Part shown: positions 9,174-18,726 of the stretch, piece after piece
How the letters are laid out: every line of letters starts with the position of its first letter
Numbering within the stretch: the first letter of the stretch is position 1
Assembly (NCBI GenBank): GCA_965116905.1
Contig: OZ220732.1
Location: forward strand, 608,001-672,000
DNA length: 64,000 nt
Reading direction: 5' to 3'
Source of the DNA: Longimicrobiales bacterium
GTDB taxonomy: Bacteria; Gemmatimonadota; Gemmatimonadetes; Longimicrobiales; Gaopeijiaceae
Notes under the pieces: model-generated
The model's database searches: none
Told to the model about the DNA's origin: nothing
The model's input: only the letters and a program-made list of their open reading frames with translations
Program-made: the position numbers and the translations under genes

Positions 9174-10679
9174 CTACTCCGTCACCCGCACCTGAAACGC
9201 GCCGGTAAGCACCTCTCCGGCCCGCTTCACCTGAACCCAGATGGTATAGTCGCCCGCCTGGGGGAAGGCGTAGGGGAACTCGACGGTGCCGGGAACACCC
9301 TCTCCAGCCTCCGCCATTGGCTGCATCTGCGGCGCCAGCACGGACAGCGAGCCCATCGAGATCGTGCCCGCAGGGTGGAGGTGCACGAACACCGAGCCAT
9401 CGTCGCGGGTGAGAGCCGCATGGCTGATCATGCCCATGTAGGGCTCGAGCGAGGCCGGTTCTCCCGCCGGGTCCAGCACGGCGAACGAGAGCACGACCTC
9501 TTCGTCAACGCGCAGCGCCGATTCCCCGAGCCAGTGCAGGGTCGATCCGTCCGAAGGCGACGCTGAGGCGCCGGGCGCCGACACCGGGGCGGGCGTGCCT
9601 CGCCATGACGAGTCGTCGGGATCCCCTTCGGACAGGGCTTCCGGGGCAGCGCCCGAGTCTCCCTCTGCAAGCGCCCCCGCGTCGACCAGCGCCTCAGCGG
9701 GCACCAGCGCCCCCACCTCCACCAACACCGTGTCAACAACCGTCTGCGCGAACCCGGATTCATGCACGATGTCGCCGTAGATGCGGTATTCGCCCGGTGG
9801 CAGGTCCGGCCACGGAACGCGGAAGGTCGCCGAGTCCACCGGAACCGGGTGAACGTGTGCGAAGGCATCCATGTCGGGCGCGCCGACGACGAACATGTGC
9901 ATGAGCTTGCCGTGGTCGGGCACCAGGGGACTCCAGTTCCGGCCCAACCAGGACGGATCCGTGATCCGGACCTCAAGCATGGGCCCACCGCCGCCGCCAG
10001 TCACCACACCCTCCACGGCCAACCGCTCGAAGATTCCGCCGCGTACATCCCGGTCGACCGCATCCCACCAGGCGTTGCCCCAGTACGCGCCGGTCAGCAG
10101 CAGGGCGGCGGCGCAGGTCATCGCGAACCATCCCCAGCGCCGCTGGGTCGCCTGCACTGCCTCGTCGGGTCCCAGGCGACTCTCGCGCACGGCCGCGCCG
10201 GCGATCGTCACCGCGCCCGCGAGAAGCAGTCCCCCCAGCAGCAGGAGCACCGCGCCCAGTGCAGGTGGCATGTCGAGAACACCCAACATGACCGAGGTCA
10301 CGGGCACGGACGCGGTACCCGCCCCGCGCGAACCCTCCACGGTCACTTCGATGCGGTAGGCGCCCACGGTCATCAGCCAGAGTTCGGCGCTGTAGAGTTC
10401 CGGATCGCCTGGCACGGCCACGGCGGGGTCCGGCGGCGGCGCTCCTCCTTCGGGTGCGGCATCCCAGCGCACGGGGCGCACGGTCACCCGCTCGACTTCG
10501 CCCACGCCACCCGTAACGCGCACCGAAATCTCCGCCAGGCCGGGAACGACGTCGGGCGGACGGACGACAACGGACACCGGGTAGGGCCCTGCGTCGCCCG
10601 CGAAGAAGACGTTCTTGCTGCCGACGTGTCCCGCGGTCGCCAGGTAGAGCCCCGCGACGAGCAGCAGGGCGCGCCTCAT
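9174..10679 (-). CDS. Exported two-TM membrane protein with His/Met-rich metal-binding motifs (PmoB-like topology)
   Basis: Signal peptide ending ATAG then HVGS; two central TM helices; DHGKLMH, FAHVHP, YMGMISH, FVHLHP; ATGA overlap with upstream gene. Confidence 0.75.
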   Translation of the reverse strand: MRRALLLVAGLYLATAGHVGSKNVFFAGDAGPYPVSVVVRPPDVVPGLAEISVRVTGGVGEVERVTVRPVRWDAAPEGGAPPPDPAVAVPGDPELYSAELWLMTVGAYRIEVTVEGSRGAGTASVPVTSVMLGVLDMPPALGAVLLLLGGLLLAGAVTIAGAAVRESRLGPDEAVQATQRRWGWFAMTCAAALLLTGAYWGNAWWDAVDRDVRGGIFERLAVEGVVTGGGGGPMLEVRITDPSWLGRNWSPLVPDHGKLMHMFVVGAPDMDAFAHVHPVPVDSATFRVPWPDLPPGEYRIYGDIVHESGFAQTVVDTVLVEVGALVPAEALVDAGALAEGDSGAAPEALSEGDPDDSSWRGTPAPVSAPGASASPSDGSTLHWLGESALRVDEEVVLSFAVLDPAGEPASLEPYMGMISHAALTRDDGSVFVHLHPAGTISMGSLSVLAPQMQPMAEAGEGVPGTVEFPYAFPQAGDYTIWVQVKRAGEVLTGAFQVRVTE

Positions 10680-11944
10680 CTTCGCACCGCCAACATCCAA
10701 TTGCCCACCCAGAGACCCACTCGCGCCGACGCGAACCCGATCGGCAACGCCCACCACGCCATTGACAGGAAGCCCGGGACGGAGATCTCGCCGCCCGAGA
10801 ACCGGCTCGCGCCCCAGAACTCGTACTGCCAGGGACCCGGGGCGTTGTTGTATCCCCAGGTGTCACCCTGGAAGAAGTAGTTGCGTGACGCCTCGGAGAG
10901 CATGAACTCACCGAAATACCAATGCACCACGCCGAACAGGCCGACGAACGCGACGGAACCGAGAGCGGCGAGCCCCCAGTCCACCGACCGTCGGACCGGC
11001 GCCCGCCCTGGTTGCGAGGCCCTCCGCAGGAGCAGGTCGAGCGCGATCGCGGGAACAATCAGCACGAGCGGGAACTCCGGCGCCACCATCCTGTCCACGT
11101 TGCGCAGGATGGGGGCGAGCAGGGGCTCGGCGGGAAACAGGGGAAGCACCCACATCATGATCAGCGTCACGCCCATGTACACCAGGGCAGTCCAGGTGGC
11201 TGGCCAGCGGAGGCGCGCGGCCCGGCCTACCGCGAAAAACACCACCGGGTAGACACCCGCCGAGATCATGTGGAACGTAGGTCCACGCCAGTCGTTCGGG
11301 AACGAGTACTCCAGCATGAGGACCGCGAGCGTCAGAAGGAGCATTCCCGCGCTGTAGGCGTAGGCGAAGCCCAGCAGACGCTGTCCGCGTTCCGACGCCC
11401 GGTTCTGCCACGACAACGCCATGAGCAGGGCTCCCAGCTGGATCGCGCAGATGCCCATGGCCAGTACCACATGGGGCGGGCTGAGAATCTCGACGTCGAG
11501 CCCGTAGGCGTTGTGCCACCAGTCGTCGAGCGGCGCGGAGGTGAGCATGGCGATCGCGCCCCAGATCGCCACCCAGGCCCCGAGCGGCGCGCGAAAGCCC
11601 CACATGCGCACCGAGCGCCCGACTTCGGTGCCGGTGCCGGAAAAGGTCGTCTTCAGGGCCAGCCAGCCGCAGGACAGGCCGGCCGCCAGGCCACCCGTGT
11701 AGACCGCGAGGTGAGCCGGGGTCCAGAACGAGTCGCGCCCGATCGTCCGGTGCCACGAGATGTCCCAGATAATTCCGACGATCACGCTTGTGGACGCCAA
11801 GAGGACAGCGGTCAGGTACCACGGGAAATCGCGTGGCGAGTTGTGCTCGGTGGTCTCGAAGATGTTCGGCCCCCGGGATCTGCGGGTTCGGTTGATAGTG
11901 GGAACCAAAGAGCAATGAAGCTGTACCATGGATCCATGGCCCAC
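10676..11944 (-). CDS. Polytopic membrane protein with PmoC-like metal motifs and PmoA-like C-terminal half (start codon uncertain)
   Basis: WDISWHRTIGRDSFWTPAH, LDDWWHNAYGLDVEILSPPH, FPLVLIVPAIALDLLL; about 9-10 hydrophobic segments. Confidence 0.75.
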   Translation of the reverse strand: MGHGSMVQLHCSLVPTINRTRRSRGPNIFETTEHNSPRDFPWYLTAVLLASTSVIVGIIWDISWHRTIGRDSFWTPAHLAVYTGGLAAGLSCGWLALKTTFSGTGTEVGRSVRMWGFRAPLGAWVAIWGAIAMLTSAPLDDWWHNAYGLDVEILSPPHVVLAMGICAIQLGALLMALSWQNRASERGQRLLGFAYAYSAGMLLLTLAVLMLEYSFPNDWRGPTFHMISAGVYPVVFFAVGRAARLRWPATWTALVYMGVTLIMMWVLPLFPAEPLLAPILRNVDRMVAPEFPLVLIVPAIALDLLLRRASQPGRAPVRRSVDWGLAALGSVAFVGLFGVVHWYFGEFMLSEASRNYFFQGDTWGYNNAPGPWQYEFWGASRFSGGEISVPGFLSMAWWALPIGFASARVGLWVGNWMLAVRR

Positions 11945-11966
11945 AAGGAAACCTGATGTGACCGGA

Positions 11967-12977
11967 ATGAAGAAGGGGGTCCTGCTGTCGGCTGTCCTGT
12001 TGGCCGCCTGTCAGGCTGACGATGCGAATCAATCCTTCGGCCGAAGCAGCGGAGGTCAACGGGTCTTCGAGACGGCTTCCTTCGACACTCTGTGGACGCT
12101 CGGGGCCGAGGCCGACAGCACCTTCGCTCTTCTATGGTCGCCGCGACGCGCACCCGGTAGCGGCCTGTACATCGCGGACATCGGCAATGCGAAGCTCCAC
12201 CATGTAAACGCCGCCGGGGAGCTCGCCTGGTCGTACGGGCGCAGGGGGCAGGGGCCCGGTGAACTCCTCGAGGTGCGCGTATTCGATGTCGACGCACAGG
12301 GGAATGCTGTCATCATCGACAACCCCAACCGTCGCGTCGTCACCGTTGACCCCAGCGGGAGTCTGGTCAGAGAGTTCCCTCTGCCCCAGGAAGTGGGGTT
12401 CACATCGGCAGTCGCTACGCTGGACAACGGCAACCTCGCCGTGGCCTACCTCGGGGGTCCGTGGGCCTTATTGTCCAATGACGGCAAGTTCCTGCAACGG
12501 ATCGAACCTCCGTGGGAAGGATTTGCCGACAAGCCCTTCCTGGAACTGGTCGGCCAGGCGATCTCCGTGCGGGGGACCGACCGGTGGGTATACAGCTTTG
12601 ACACGGCGGGCGAGTGGATCGTTTTCGAGGATGGCGAGGTTGTGGAACGGTACGCCCACATCGAACACGTCCCGTTCGCCAACGTCATGGTCACCGATAC
12701 CGAACACGGCGGTTCGCTGGCCAGGTACGACGGCAATCCGACCCACACGACTGCCGGTCTGGCCGTCAGAAAGGATACGCTGTTCGTCCTGTACTTTGGC
12801 ACAACGGAACACAGCGGCAGGGTTGTGGACAAGTACGACATCAACACGGGGGACCACCTCGGGTCGCTCCTGCTCCCGGACAAGGCCAGCGGTGTCAGTT
12901 TCGGCCACGATGGCACCGTCTACGCGGTGAGTGACTCGCGGCTGTACTTCACCGTGACCGCATTGCGTTACAGGTAG
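11967..12977 (+). CDS. Lipoprotein, 6-bladed beta-propeller (NHL/TolB-like)
   Basis: Lipobox LLAAC; YGRRGQGPGEL signature. Confidence 0.8.
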   Translation: MKKGVLLSAVLLAACQADDANQSFGRSSGGQRVFETASFDTLWTLGAEADSTFALLWSPRRAPGSGLYIADIGNAKLHHVNAAGELAWSYGRRGQGPGELLEVRVFDVDAQGNAVIIDNPNRRVVTVDPSGSLVREFPLPQEVGFTSAVATLDNGNLAVAYLGGPWALLSNDGKFLQRIEPPWEGFADKPFLELVGQAISVRGTDRWVYSFDTAGEWIVFEDGEVVERYAHIEHVPFANVMVTDTEHGGSLARYDGNPTHTTAGLAVRKDTLFVLYFGTTEHSGRVVDKYDINTGDHLGSLLLPDKASGVSFGHDGTVYAVSDSRLYFTVTALRYR

Positions 12978-12987
12978 AGGTAGCCCC

Positions 12988-14796
12988 CTACTCCGTCGCC
13001 CTTCTCCGCCCCCTCACCGGCAAGACAATCCGCGAGGGATACTCCCTGCTGTGATAGATGATCTGCCGCGCGGTGTTCCACTCCGTGTCGGTCGCGATCG
13101 GGTTGCCGGTGTTCTGGTTGGGCGCGATTTCCGGGTAGGCGCTGCTCGTCAGATCGATGCGGATCCTGTGACCCGGCTGGAAGGAATGGGCGATGTGGCC
13201 CAGGTCGATCTCGTAGCGCGCGACTTCGCCGGGGGTGAGCAGTTCCTCCCGGTCGAAGCCGTTGCGGTAGCGGGCCCTTATGACGCCGGTGCGAGGGCCG
13301 AGCTTGACCGCCCTGCCGTCGGGATAGACATCCATGATGGTCGCGACGAAGTCGGTGTCGCGCGCGTCGGTGGCCGCGTGGAACTCGATCACGATCGGGC
13401 CCACGACTTCCAACGCTTCCTGAATCTCCTCGCTCGTGTAGACCAGGACATCATCGCGGCGGTGCAGGGGAGTCCGATCCTCACCGAGCGGCATCTCGCC
13501 GACGGAACCGGGAACCGGCCGCTGAGGGTCGAAGGTGAACCGGTCGGGCGGCGAATCGGCTTCGGGCGGTGTCCACTCGAGCGCCCCGTCGCCGACGATC
13601 GAATTCGCCCTTCCTCCACTCGTCAGGTACAAGCTGGTGGCCTCGATGTCCGCCGGCGGATACTCGTCGAATTCACGCCACTCTTCTGCACCGACCACGT
13701 AGATCCGCGCCCGCGGCTGGTCGTAGCTGTCCGCGGTCCCCTTCAGGTAGTGGTCGAAGAACGCGAGGTGCTCGGCCTTGTTGTCGACGAGCGCGTGCGG
13801 CTCGAACTCCATGTCGCCGAGCGTGAGGGTGCCGCCGATGAAGGTCTCGGCATGACCCCACGGGCCAGCCAGCATGTACTGCTCGTCGGCGGCCGGCGAA
13901 TGGGCCATCATTCCGTCCCAGTAGAACATGGCGCCCGGCTGGTCGCCGTCGAACCACCCGGTGACGTGCAGAATCGGCAGGTCGAGTCCCCGGAAGTCCT
14001 CCTCGGTGAAGTGCAGGCGCTGCCAGTACTCGTTGAAGGTGGAGTTCTCGAGGAAGTCGTTGAAGAGCGGCATGTCGCGGCCCATCGCGTCATCCTGCGT
14101 GATGAGCGGCCGGTGCCAGTAGACGGACTCCATGTCGACCCCCTGCATGTTGGCCGACTGACTGTTCCTTCCGGAGGTGTCGTTGATCCAGGCGAGGGCC
14201 CACTGCATCATCCAGGCGCCCCCGTAATGCGGCAGTTCGTGCATCCAGCGCCCGGCCGCGGCGGTCGCGACCATGCATTTCAGCGAAGGCGGATGCTCGC
14301 GGGCCGCCAGCCACTGGTCGGTCCCCAGGTAGGACACGCCCGCAGTGCACACGTCGCCGTTCGACCAGGGCTGGGACGCCATCCATTCGATCGTGTCGTG
14401 TCCGTCCTCACCCTCCTGGAAGAAGAAGTCGAACTTGCCGTCCGAGTCACCGCGGCCGCGGACGTCCTGGATTACGACCGCGTAGCCGCGCTCCGCGAAG
14501 TAGGTGGCCCAGCCGGCGAGGCTGAAGGTCGCAACGGCCATCGTCTTCAGGTACGGCGTCCGGATGATGATGGTGGGGAACGGTCCGCCCTCGGCCGGCA
14601 TCCAGACGTCGGAGGACAACTCGACGCCGTCGCGCATCGGCGTGCGGACGTCGAACATGCGGGTGACCTGCGCGGCCTGAGCGGAGGCCGGGGTGGGGGG
14701 GAGCGAGAAGGTCGTCACCGCGGCCATAGCGAGGATGGCAGACGCCGGTGCGCGCAACCGGAAAAAGGTGGCGGTCTGTTGACCATTGCTTTTCAT
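12988..14796 (-). CDS. CocE/NonD family hydrolase (S15)
   Basis: PMRDGVEL, RTPY, QDVRGRGDSDG, GVSYLG, GPWGH, C-terminal galactose-binding-like domain. Confidence 0.92.
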   Translation of the reverse strand: MKSNGQQTATFFRLRAPASAILAMAAVTTFSLPPTPASAQAAQVTRMFDVRTPMRDGVELSSDVWMPAEGGPFPTIIIRTPYLKTMAVATFSLAGWATYFAERGYAVVIQDVRGRGDSDGKFDFFFQEGEDGHDTIEWMASQPWSNGDVCTAGVSYLGTDQWLAAREHPPSLKCMVATAAAGRWMHELPHYGGAWMMQWALAWINDTSGRNSQSANMQGVDMESVYWHRPLITQDDAMGRDMPLFNDFLENSTFNEYWQRLHFTEEDFRGLDLPILHVTGWFDGDQPGAMFYWDGMMAHSPAADEQYMLAGPWGHAETFIGGTLTLGDMEFEPHALVDNKAEHLAFFDHYLKGTADSYDQPRARIYVVGAEEWREFDEYPPADIEATSLYLTSGGRANSIVGDGALEWTPPEADSPPDRFTFDPQRPVPGSVGEMPLGEDRTPLHRRDDVLVYTSEEIQEALEVVGPIVIEFHAATDARDTDFVATIMDVYPDGRAVKLGPRTGVIRARYRNGFDREELLTPGEVARYEIDLGHIAHSFQPGHRIRIDLTSSAYPEIAPNQNTGNPIATDTEWNTARQIIYHSREYPSRIVLPVRGRRRATE

Positions 14797-14886
14797 GTTG
14801 GATCTCCGGGTAGCCAGGACGCGGATGTGTGAGGCCAGAATAGGCGCTCGCGACGCGGTGCTCAATCCCGTGTTAGGCTGTATGGC

Positions 14887-15150
14887 ATGAAGACGCGCAC
14901 CGTAACCATCAGAATCGACCGGGCACTCGATCGGAGCCTGGACCGGGCGGCTCGGCTGAGCGGCAGAAGCAGGAGCGCCGTCGTGCGCGACGCGCTGGAG
15001 CGACAATTGGCGCTAAGTCAACTGGCCGACTTGCGGCGGCGCATCGTTCCGTTTGCAGAGGCCAGAGGTCTTTTGACCGACGAAGACATCCGTCGGGACA
15101 CGATAGAATCGGAGGGATCGGAGGCCGAACAGGGGACGGCAGCCTCCTAG
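14887..15150 (+). CDS. Ribbon-helix-helix (CopG) protein, antitoxin-like, no adjacent toxin
   Basis: TVTIRID..LD.AAR.SGRSRSAVVRDAL; AEARGLLTDEDI tail; TAGGCT -10 box 7 nt before ATG. Confidence 0.8.
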   Translation: MKTRTVTIRIDRALDRSLDRAARLSGRSRSAVVRDALERQLALSQLADLRRRIVPFAEARGLLTDEDIRRDTIESEGSEAEQGTAAS

Positions 15151-15473
15151 GACCTCGATGCCGCGAACTCGGCAAAGTCGACGCGCAGATCGGTGATCAG
15201 CGCCTCGATCCTGTCGTAGGCGGACTGGTTCTCCTTTCGCATCTCGGCCAGCATCTCGAGGGTCCGGATCTCCGAGTCCTTGATCGCGGTCGAAAGCCTG
15301 AGTTCGACTTCGGAGACCTTGAGTTCGACCTCCGAAATCCTCAGCTCGGTATCCGAGATCGACCGCCCGTATGCCCACGTGGCCGACACGGCCGCGACCA
15401 CGATCGCGAGTATCGTAGCGGTGGCCGTGGCCAGTACCTCCCAGAGCTTGGGCGGTTCAGTCAGTCGCTTCAT
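15147..15473 (-). CDS. Small single-TM coiled-coil hypothetical protein
   Basis: TM segment followed by heptads ISDTELR/ISEVELK/VSEVELR. Confidence 0.6.
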   Translation of the reverse strand: MKRLTEPPKLWEVLATATATILAIVVAAVSATWAYGRSISDTELRISEVELKVSEVELRLSTAIKDSEIRTLEMLAEMRKENQSAYDRIEALITDLRVDFAEFAASRS

Positions 15474-15534
15474 CCACTCATTGTTACCTTAGACGGCACC
15501 GCAGACAAGCCATGACGAGGACGTTAGGAGCACC

Positions 15535-16134
15535 ATGCCAAGCCGCGTTTCCCAGCCTCGGACGGACGACCTAGACGAGACTGGACAGGACGATTTCGAG
15601 CAGCGGATGGCTGGCGTATCGCGTCTTCCGGGGCGTGACCGCCTGGTCGAGGAAACGGTCGTCAGGTCACGTCAAGGCGCGGCTGTGCACGAGCCCGGGG
15701 CCTTCGGAAAACGCGCAGGGGAGGCGGGTTCGGCAAGACAGGGGTCCCGCATCGAGATCGGCTCGGTCGCCGGGCTCAACCGACGTCAAGCCGACGCGTT
15801 GCGTGGTGGCGAGATAGCGATCGGCGCCCAGTTGGACCTGCATGGCTTCTCGCGCAAGGAGGCCGGCGGCAAGGTGGCGGCATTCCTGGCCCGGTCCACC
15901 CGACGCGGCCTCCGCTGCGTCCTCGTCATTACCGGGCAGGGCAGGCGCGATCCGCTGGCCAAGGCGCGGGGCGTGCTGCGCGGCGGACTCGAACGGTGGT
16001 TGAACGAGCCCGCAACCCGCCCGCTGGTGCTGGCGTGCGTGCCCGCGCAGCGCAGACACGGGGGCCAGGGGGCTTTCTACGTGCTGCTGCGCCGGCGTCG
16101 CAGTGCGGATTCCCGTGGGGTCGTGCGGACGTAA
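15535..16134 (+). CDS. Smr/MutS2 C-terminal domain protein
   Basis: LDLHG, VLVITGQG, HGGQGAFYVLLR; AGGAG RBS. Confidence 0.88.
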   Translation: MPSRVSQPRTDDLDETGQDDFEQRMAGVSRLPGRDRLVEETVVRSRQGAAVHEPGAFGKRAGEAGSARQGSRIEIGSVAGLNRRQADALRGGEIAIGAQLDLHGFSRKEAGGKVAAFLARSTRRGLRCVLVITGQGRRDPLAKARGVLRGGLERWLNEPATRPLVLACVPAQRRHGGQGAFYVLLRRRRSADSRGVVRT

Positions 16135-16135
16135 C

Positions 16136-16198
16136 GAGCCAGCACGTGCCCGTCGTCCATCACCTAGATGTCGTTGACTAAGGGCCTGACTAACTCGC
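16136..16198 (-). pseudogene. Short remnant of a beta-propeller paralog
   Basis: Translates ELVRPLVNDI*VMDDGHVLA, matching ELVRPLVNELYVMDDGHILV at about 17683-17743. Confidence 0.75.
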
Positions 16199-16221
16199 CT
16201 TCGGTGCCTACATAGTCATGA

Positions 16222-17394
16222 TCACGGCTCGCCAATGGGCCTCACGAAAACCACGCGCCAACCCCTGACGTCGTCCCGGCGAATGGCGACAGCACCCCCG
16301 TCATGGATCTGTTTCAACTCCAGATCCGGGTCCGCGATCCACGTTCGCACGAGATTGCCCTCGATGGTCCAGGCCCTCCAAACGACTCTGCCACCTTTGC
16401 CGGTGCTCCCGACCCAGAGGTTGCCAGCATTGTCGAGCAGAAAACTCGACAGGGCGGGCAGGCGATCGGGTGCCTGAACTGCCTCCAAGATGGACTTGCG
16501 AACGCTGGCGACCGGAAGGCCGTGGCGCGTCGAGAGGCTCTCGACTATGTCGCCAGTTCGTTCAAGCACATCATCATCCGACGCGGGATCTGTTTCGACG
16601 CCCACGGCAGTGCTACCCAGCTCGTTCCCGGTGTCGTCGTACAGGACGAATCGGAGTTCCGAGCCGTCAGGCCCCTCCAGTTCGTCCGCGGTTGCGAAGT
16701 AGCGGCCGTCTGGACTGAGTGCCGTTCGCGTGAAGTTCGCCAGAGGATTCAGGAAGACGAACCCCCTTCCGTTTGGCAGCGCCGCGTCCGCTGAGACTCG
16801 CCGGTGGCGAGCTTCTCCGAGCGAGTCCAGGATCTGGCCGTCCGTGCCGACGAGGAATATGGGCTTGGGCTCCGGGGTCGATCTCGAGGTGGTCCGAGGG
16901 GCCGCCACCGTGAGGCCCGAGCGCAGGTATCCGACGGGACCGTACCTGGCGGCAGCTGAACGCGGGACGGTGGTATTGCCTCGGAGGTACCGCCCATCGG
17001 TGGCCATAAGAGACACACGCGGCGATCCCAGGCCCTCCACGACCACGAGGGTATCGCCCCGCCACGCCACCTGTGGCACGGACCCGAATTCTCCGGGCCC
17101 TTCGCCACGGCGCCCCACGACCTGCCTCCTGCCCCGCGCGTCAAACACCCAGATCTCACCGAGGCCGGATTGTGACACTGCCAGGACACCCGCCGAACTC
17201 AGCGCAACGTCAACAATGAGCCCGAACGAATCAGCGCCGTCCGTGGTGCCCAAGGAGTCGATGGCGAACAGAGGTTCCGCGGCATCGACGGAGCCGGGCA
17301 GCGCCCCCGGCGCTGTATCGCCACCACCACAGCCGAGCGCAACCGCCGCAACCGTCACGACAACCCATCCCCGGACCCAGGATCTCACGCTCAT
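16222..17394 (-). CDS. Lipoprotein, 6-bladed beta-propeller
   Basis: Lipobox ALGC; VGRRGEGPGEF signature. Confidence 0.8.
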   Translation of the reverse strand: MSVRSWVRGWVVVTVAAVALGCGGGDTAPGALPGSVDAAEPLFAIDSLGTTDGADSFGLIVDVALSSAGVLAVSQSGLGEIWVFDARGRRQVVGRRGEGPGEFGSVPQVAWRGDTLVVVEGLGSPRVSLMATDGRYLRGNTTVPRSAAARYGPVGYLRSGLTVAAPRTTSRSTPEPKPIFLVGTDGQILDSLGEARHRRVSADAALPNGRGFVFLNPLANFTRTALSPDGRYFATADELEGPDGSELRFVLYDDTGNELGSTAVGVETDPASDDDVLERTGDIVESLSTRHGLPVASVRKSILEAVQAPDRLPALSSFLLDNAGNLWVGSTGKGGRVVWRAWTIEGNLVRTWIADPDLELKQIHDGGAVAIRRDDVRGWRVVFVRPIGEP

Positions 17395-17481
17395 CCACCT
17401 GTATACACAAATGTCGGGGATGGGGTCCTACCCCCCGGATTCAGGATCTCATACGCTGAAACTGGCCGTAGGTGTTTCCCC

Positions 17482-18656
17482 CTACGGACGCACTATCGTG
17501 GCGCGCACGAGGAAGGGCACATCGAGAATCCCTGGAGTGACCGCGATGATCGTGTCACCGACAAGCGCAGGTACATTGCGACGCGGAAGACCAAATCCCA
17601 GATCAACGCTGCCCAGGAAATGGCCTTCCGGGCTGAACACATCCACGAGGCTTGGATCCTCTCCGACCTCTTCAATGATCCCGACCAGGATGTGGCCGTC
17701 GTCCATCACATAGAGTTCGTTGACCAATGGTCGGACCAATTCGACATCCTGTCTGGAGATGCCCCCTTCCGCCAAGCCGTCCGCAATTGCCTTACGGTCC
17801 GCCCGATCGAACGTCGATTCCCGATGTGAGGTCTCGACTATCCTGATCGTGTCGCCGCTTGAAGTAGTCTGAATCAGGCGAAGCCGACCGGTTGACGCAG
17901 ACCAGACGGTGCCGTCGGGAGCCAGGCTCCATCGCAGTCGCGGTATGTAGTGATTGCCGATGAAACGAAGCGACTCCTGACGCGGCCGGATGACGTTTCG
18001 GAATCCCCTAGAAAGTTCAGGCTTCGGCAGACCGCCATCGTGTAGACGACGTGTCCCATCGTGTCCACGCGCACGAATATGACCATCGGGAGCCCCCGCG
18101 CGGTGGCGGTTTCGTCAATGAGAATGCCGACACGCTCCACAACGAGCGGATGCTGGATACGATTGACGGACCGAACCGGTCTCGGCACAGACCGTTGGAA
18201 CGTTCCTGTCGAGTCAAAGACGTGATACCGTCCGTTCAGTCCGTCCGCTACCCAGAGCCGATCCGCACCATCCCAAGCCAGAGCATGCGGACCTCGAAAC
18301 TCGCCAGGGCCCTCCCCAGAACCACCGAAACTCCTCACGAAATCACCGTCCGCGCTGAAGACCAGTACGCGGGTTGCTCGATATTCCAAGACGAAGATTT
18401 GACCGTTGGGTCCAAGTGTCACGCTGTTGTTTCGCGGAGCCGCTACCGCTTCGTCCGCACTATCCCAGACGCTTCCCACCCTGAATTCCTCGACTAGCTG
18501 CCATTGCTCCGACTCTCGCCAAAGGCCGGTCGGCCCGTTTCGGACCACCACGACCCCGCCCATGGTGTCCACCTCCGGCAGCACAATGGCTGGAGTGTCC
18601 GGGGCACTCCCACAGGCTGCCGTCAGTAATGTGAGGGCAACGCATTGGTGCGTCAT
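17482..18656 (-). pseudogene. Frameshifted 6-bladed beta-propeller lipoprotein
   Basis: Lipobox LTAAC, FGGSGEGPGEF; 1-nt frameshift near 18031, the other frame continues LPKPELSRG...DVPFLVRATIVRP to 17482. Confidence 0.8.
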
Positions 18657-18726
18657 GAACGGCTGGCCAGTGCGCTTCAAGGGTTGATCGCGAACTTTCT
18701 GTGTCGTTCGAAGAATGATCGTCCCC

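Noticed and set aside
9174..11944. Calling the pair bona fide pmo/amo (methane or ammonia oxidation)
   Set aside because: Similarity is motif-level only, the architecture is fused, and no supporting pathway genes are present here, so no gene symbol is assigned
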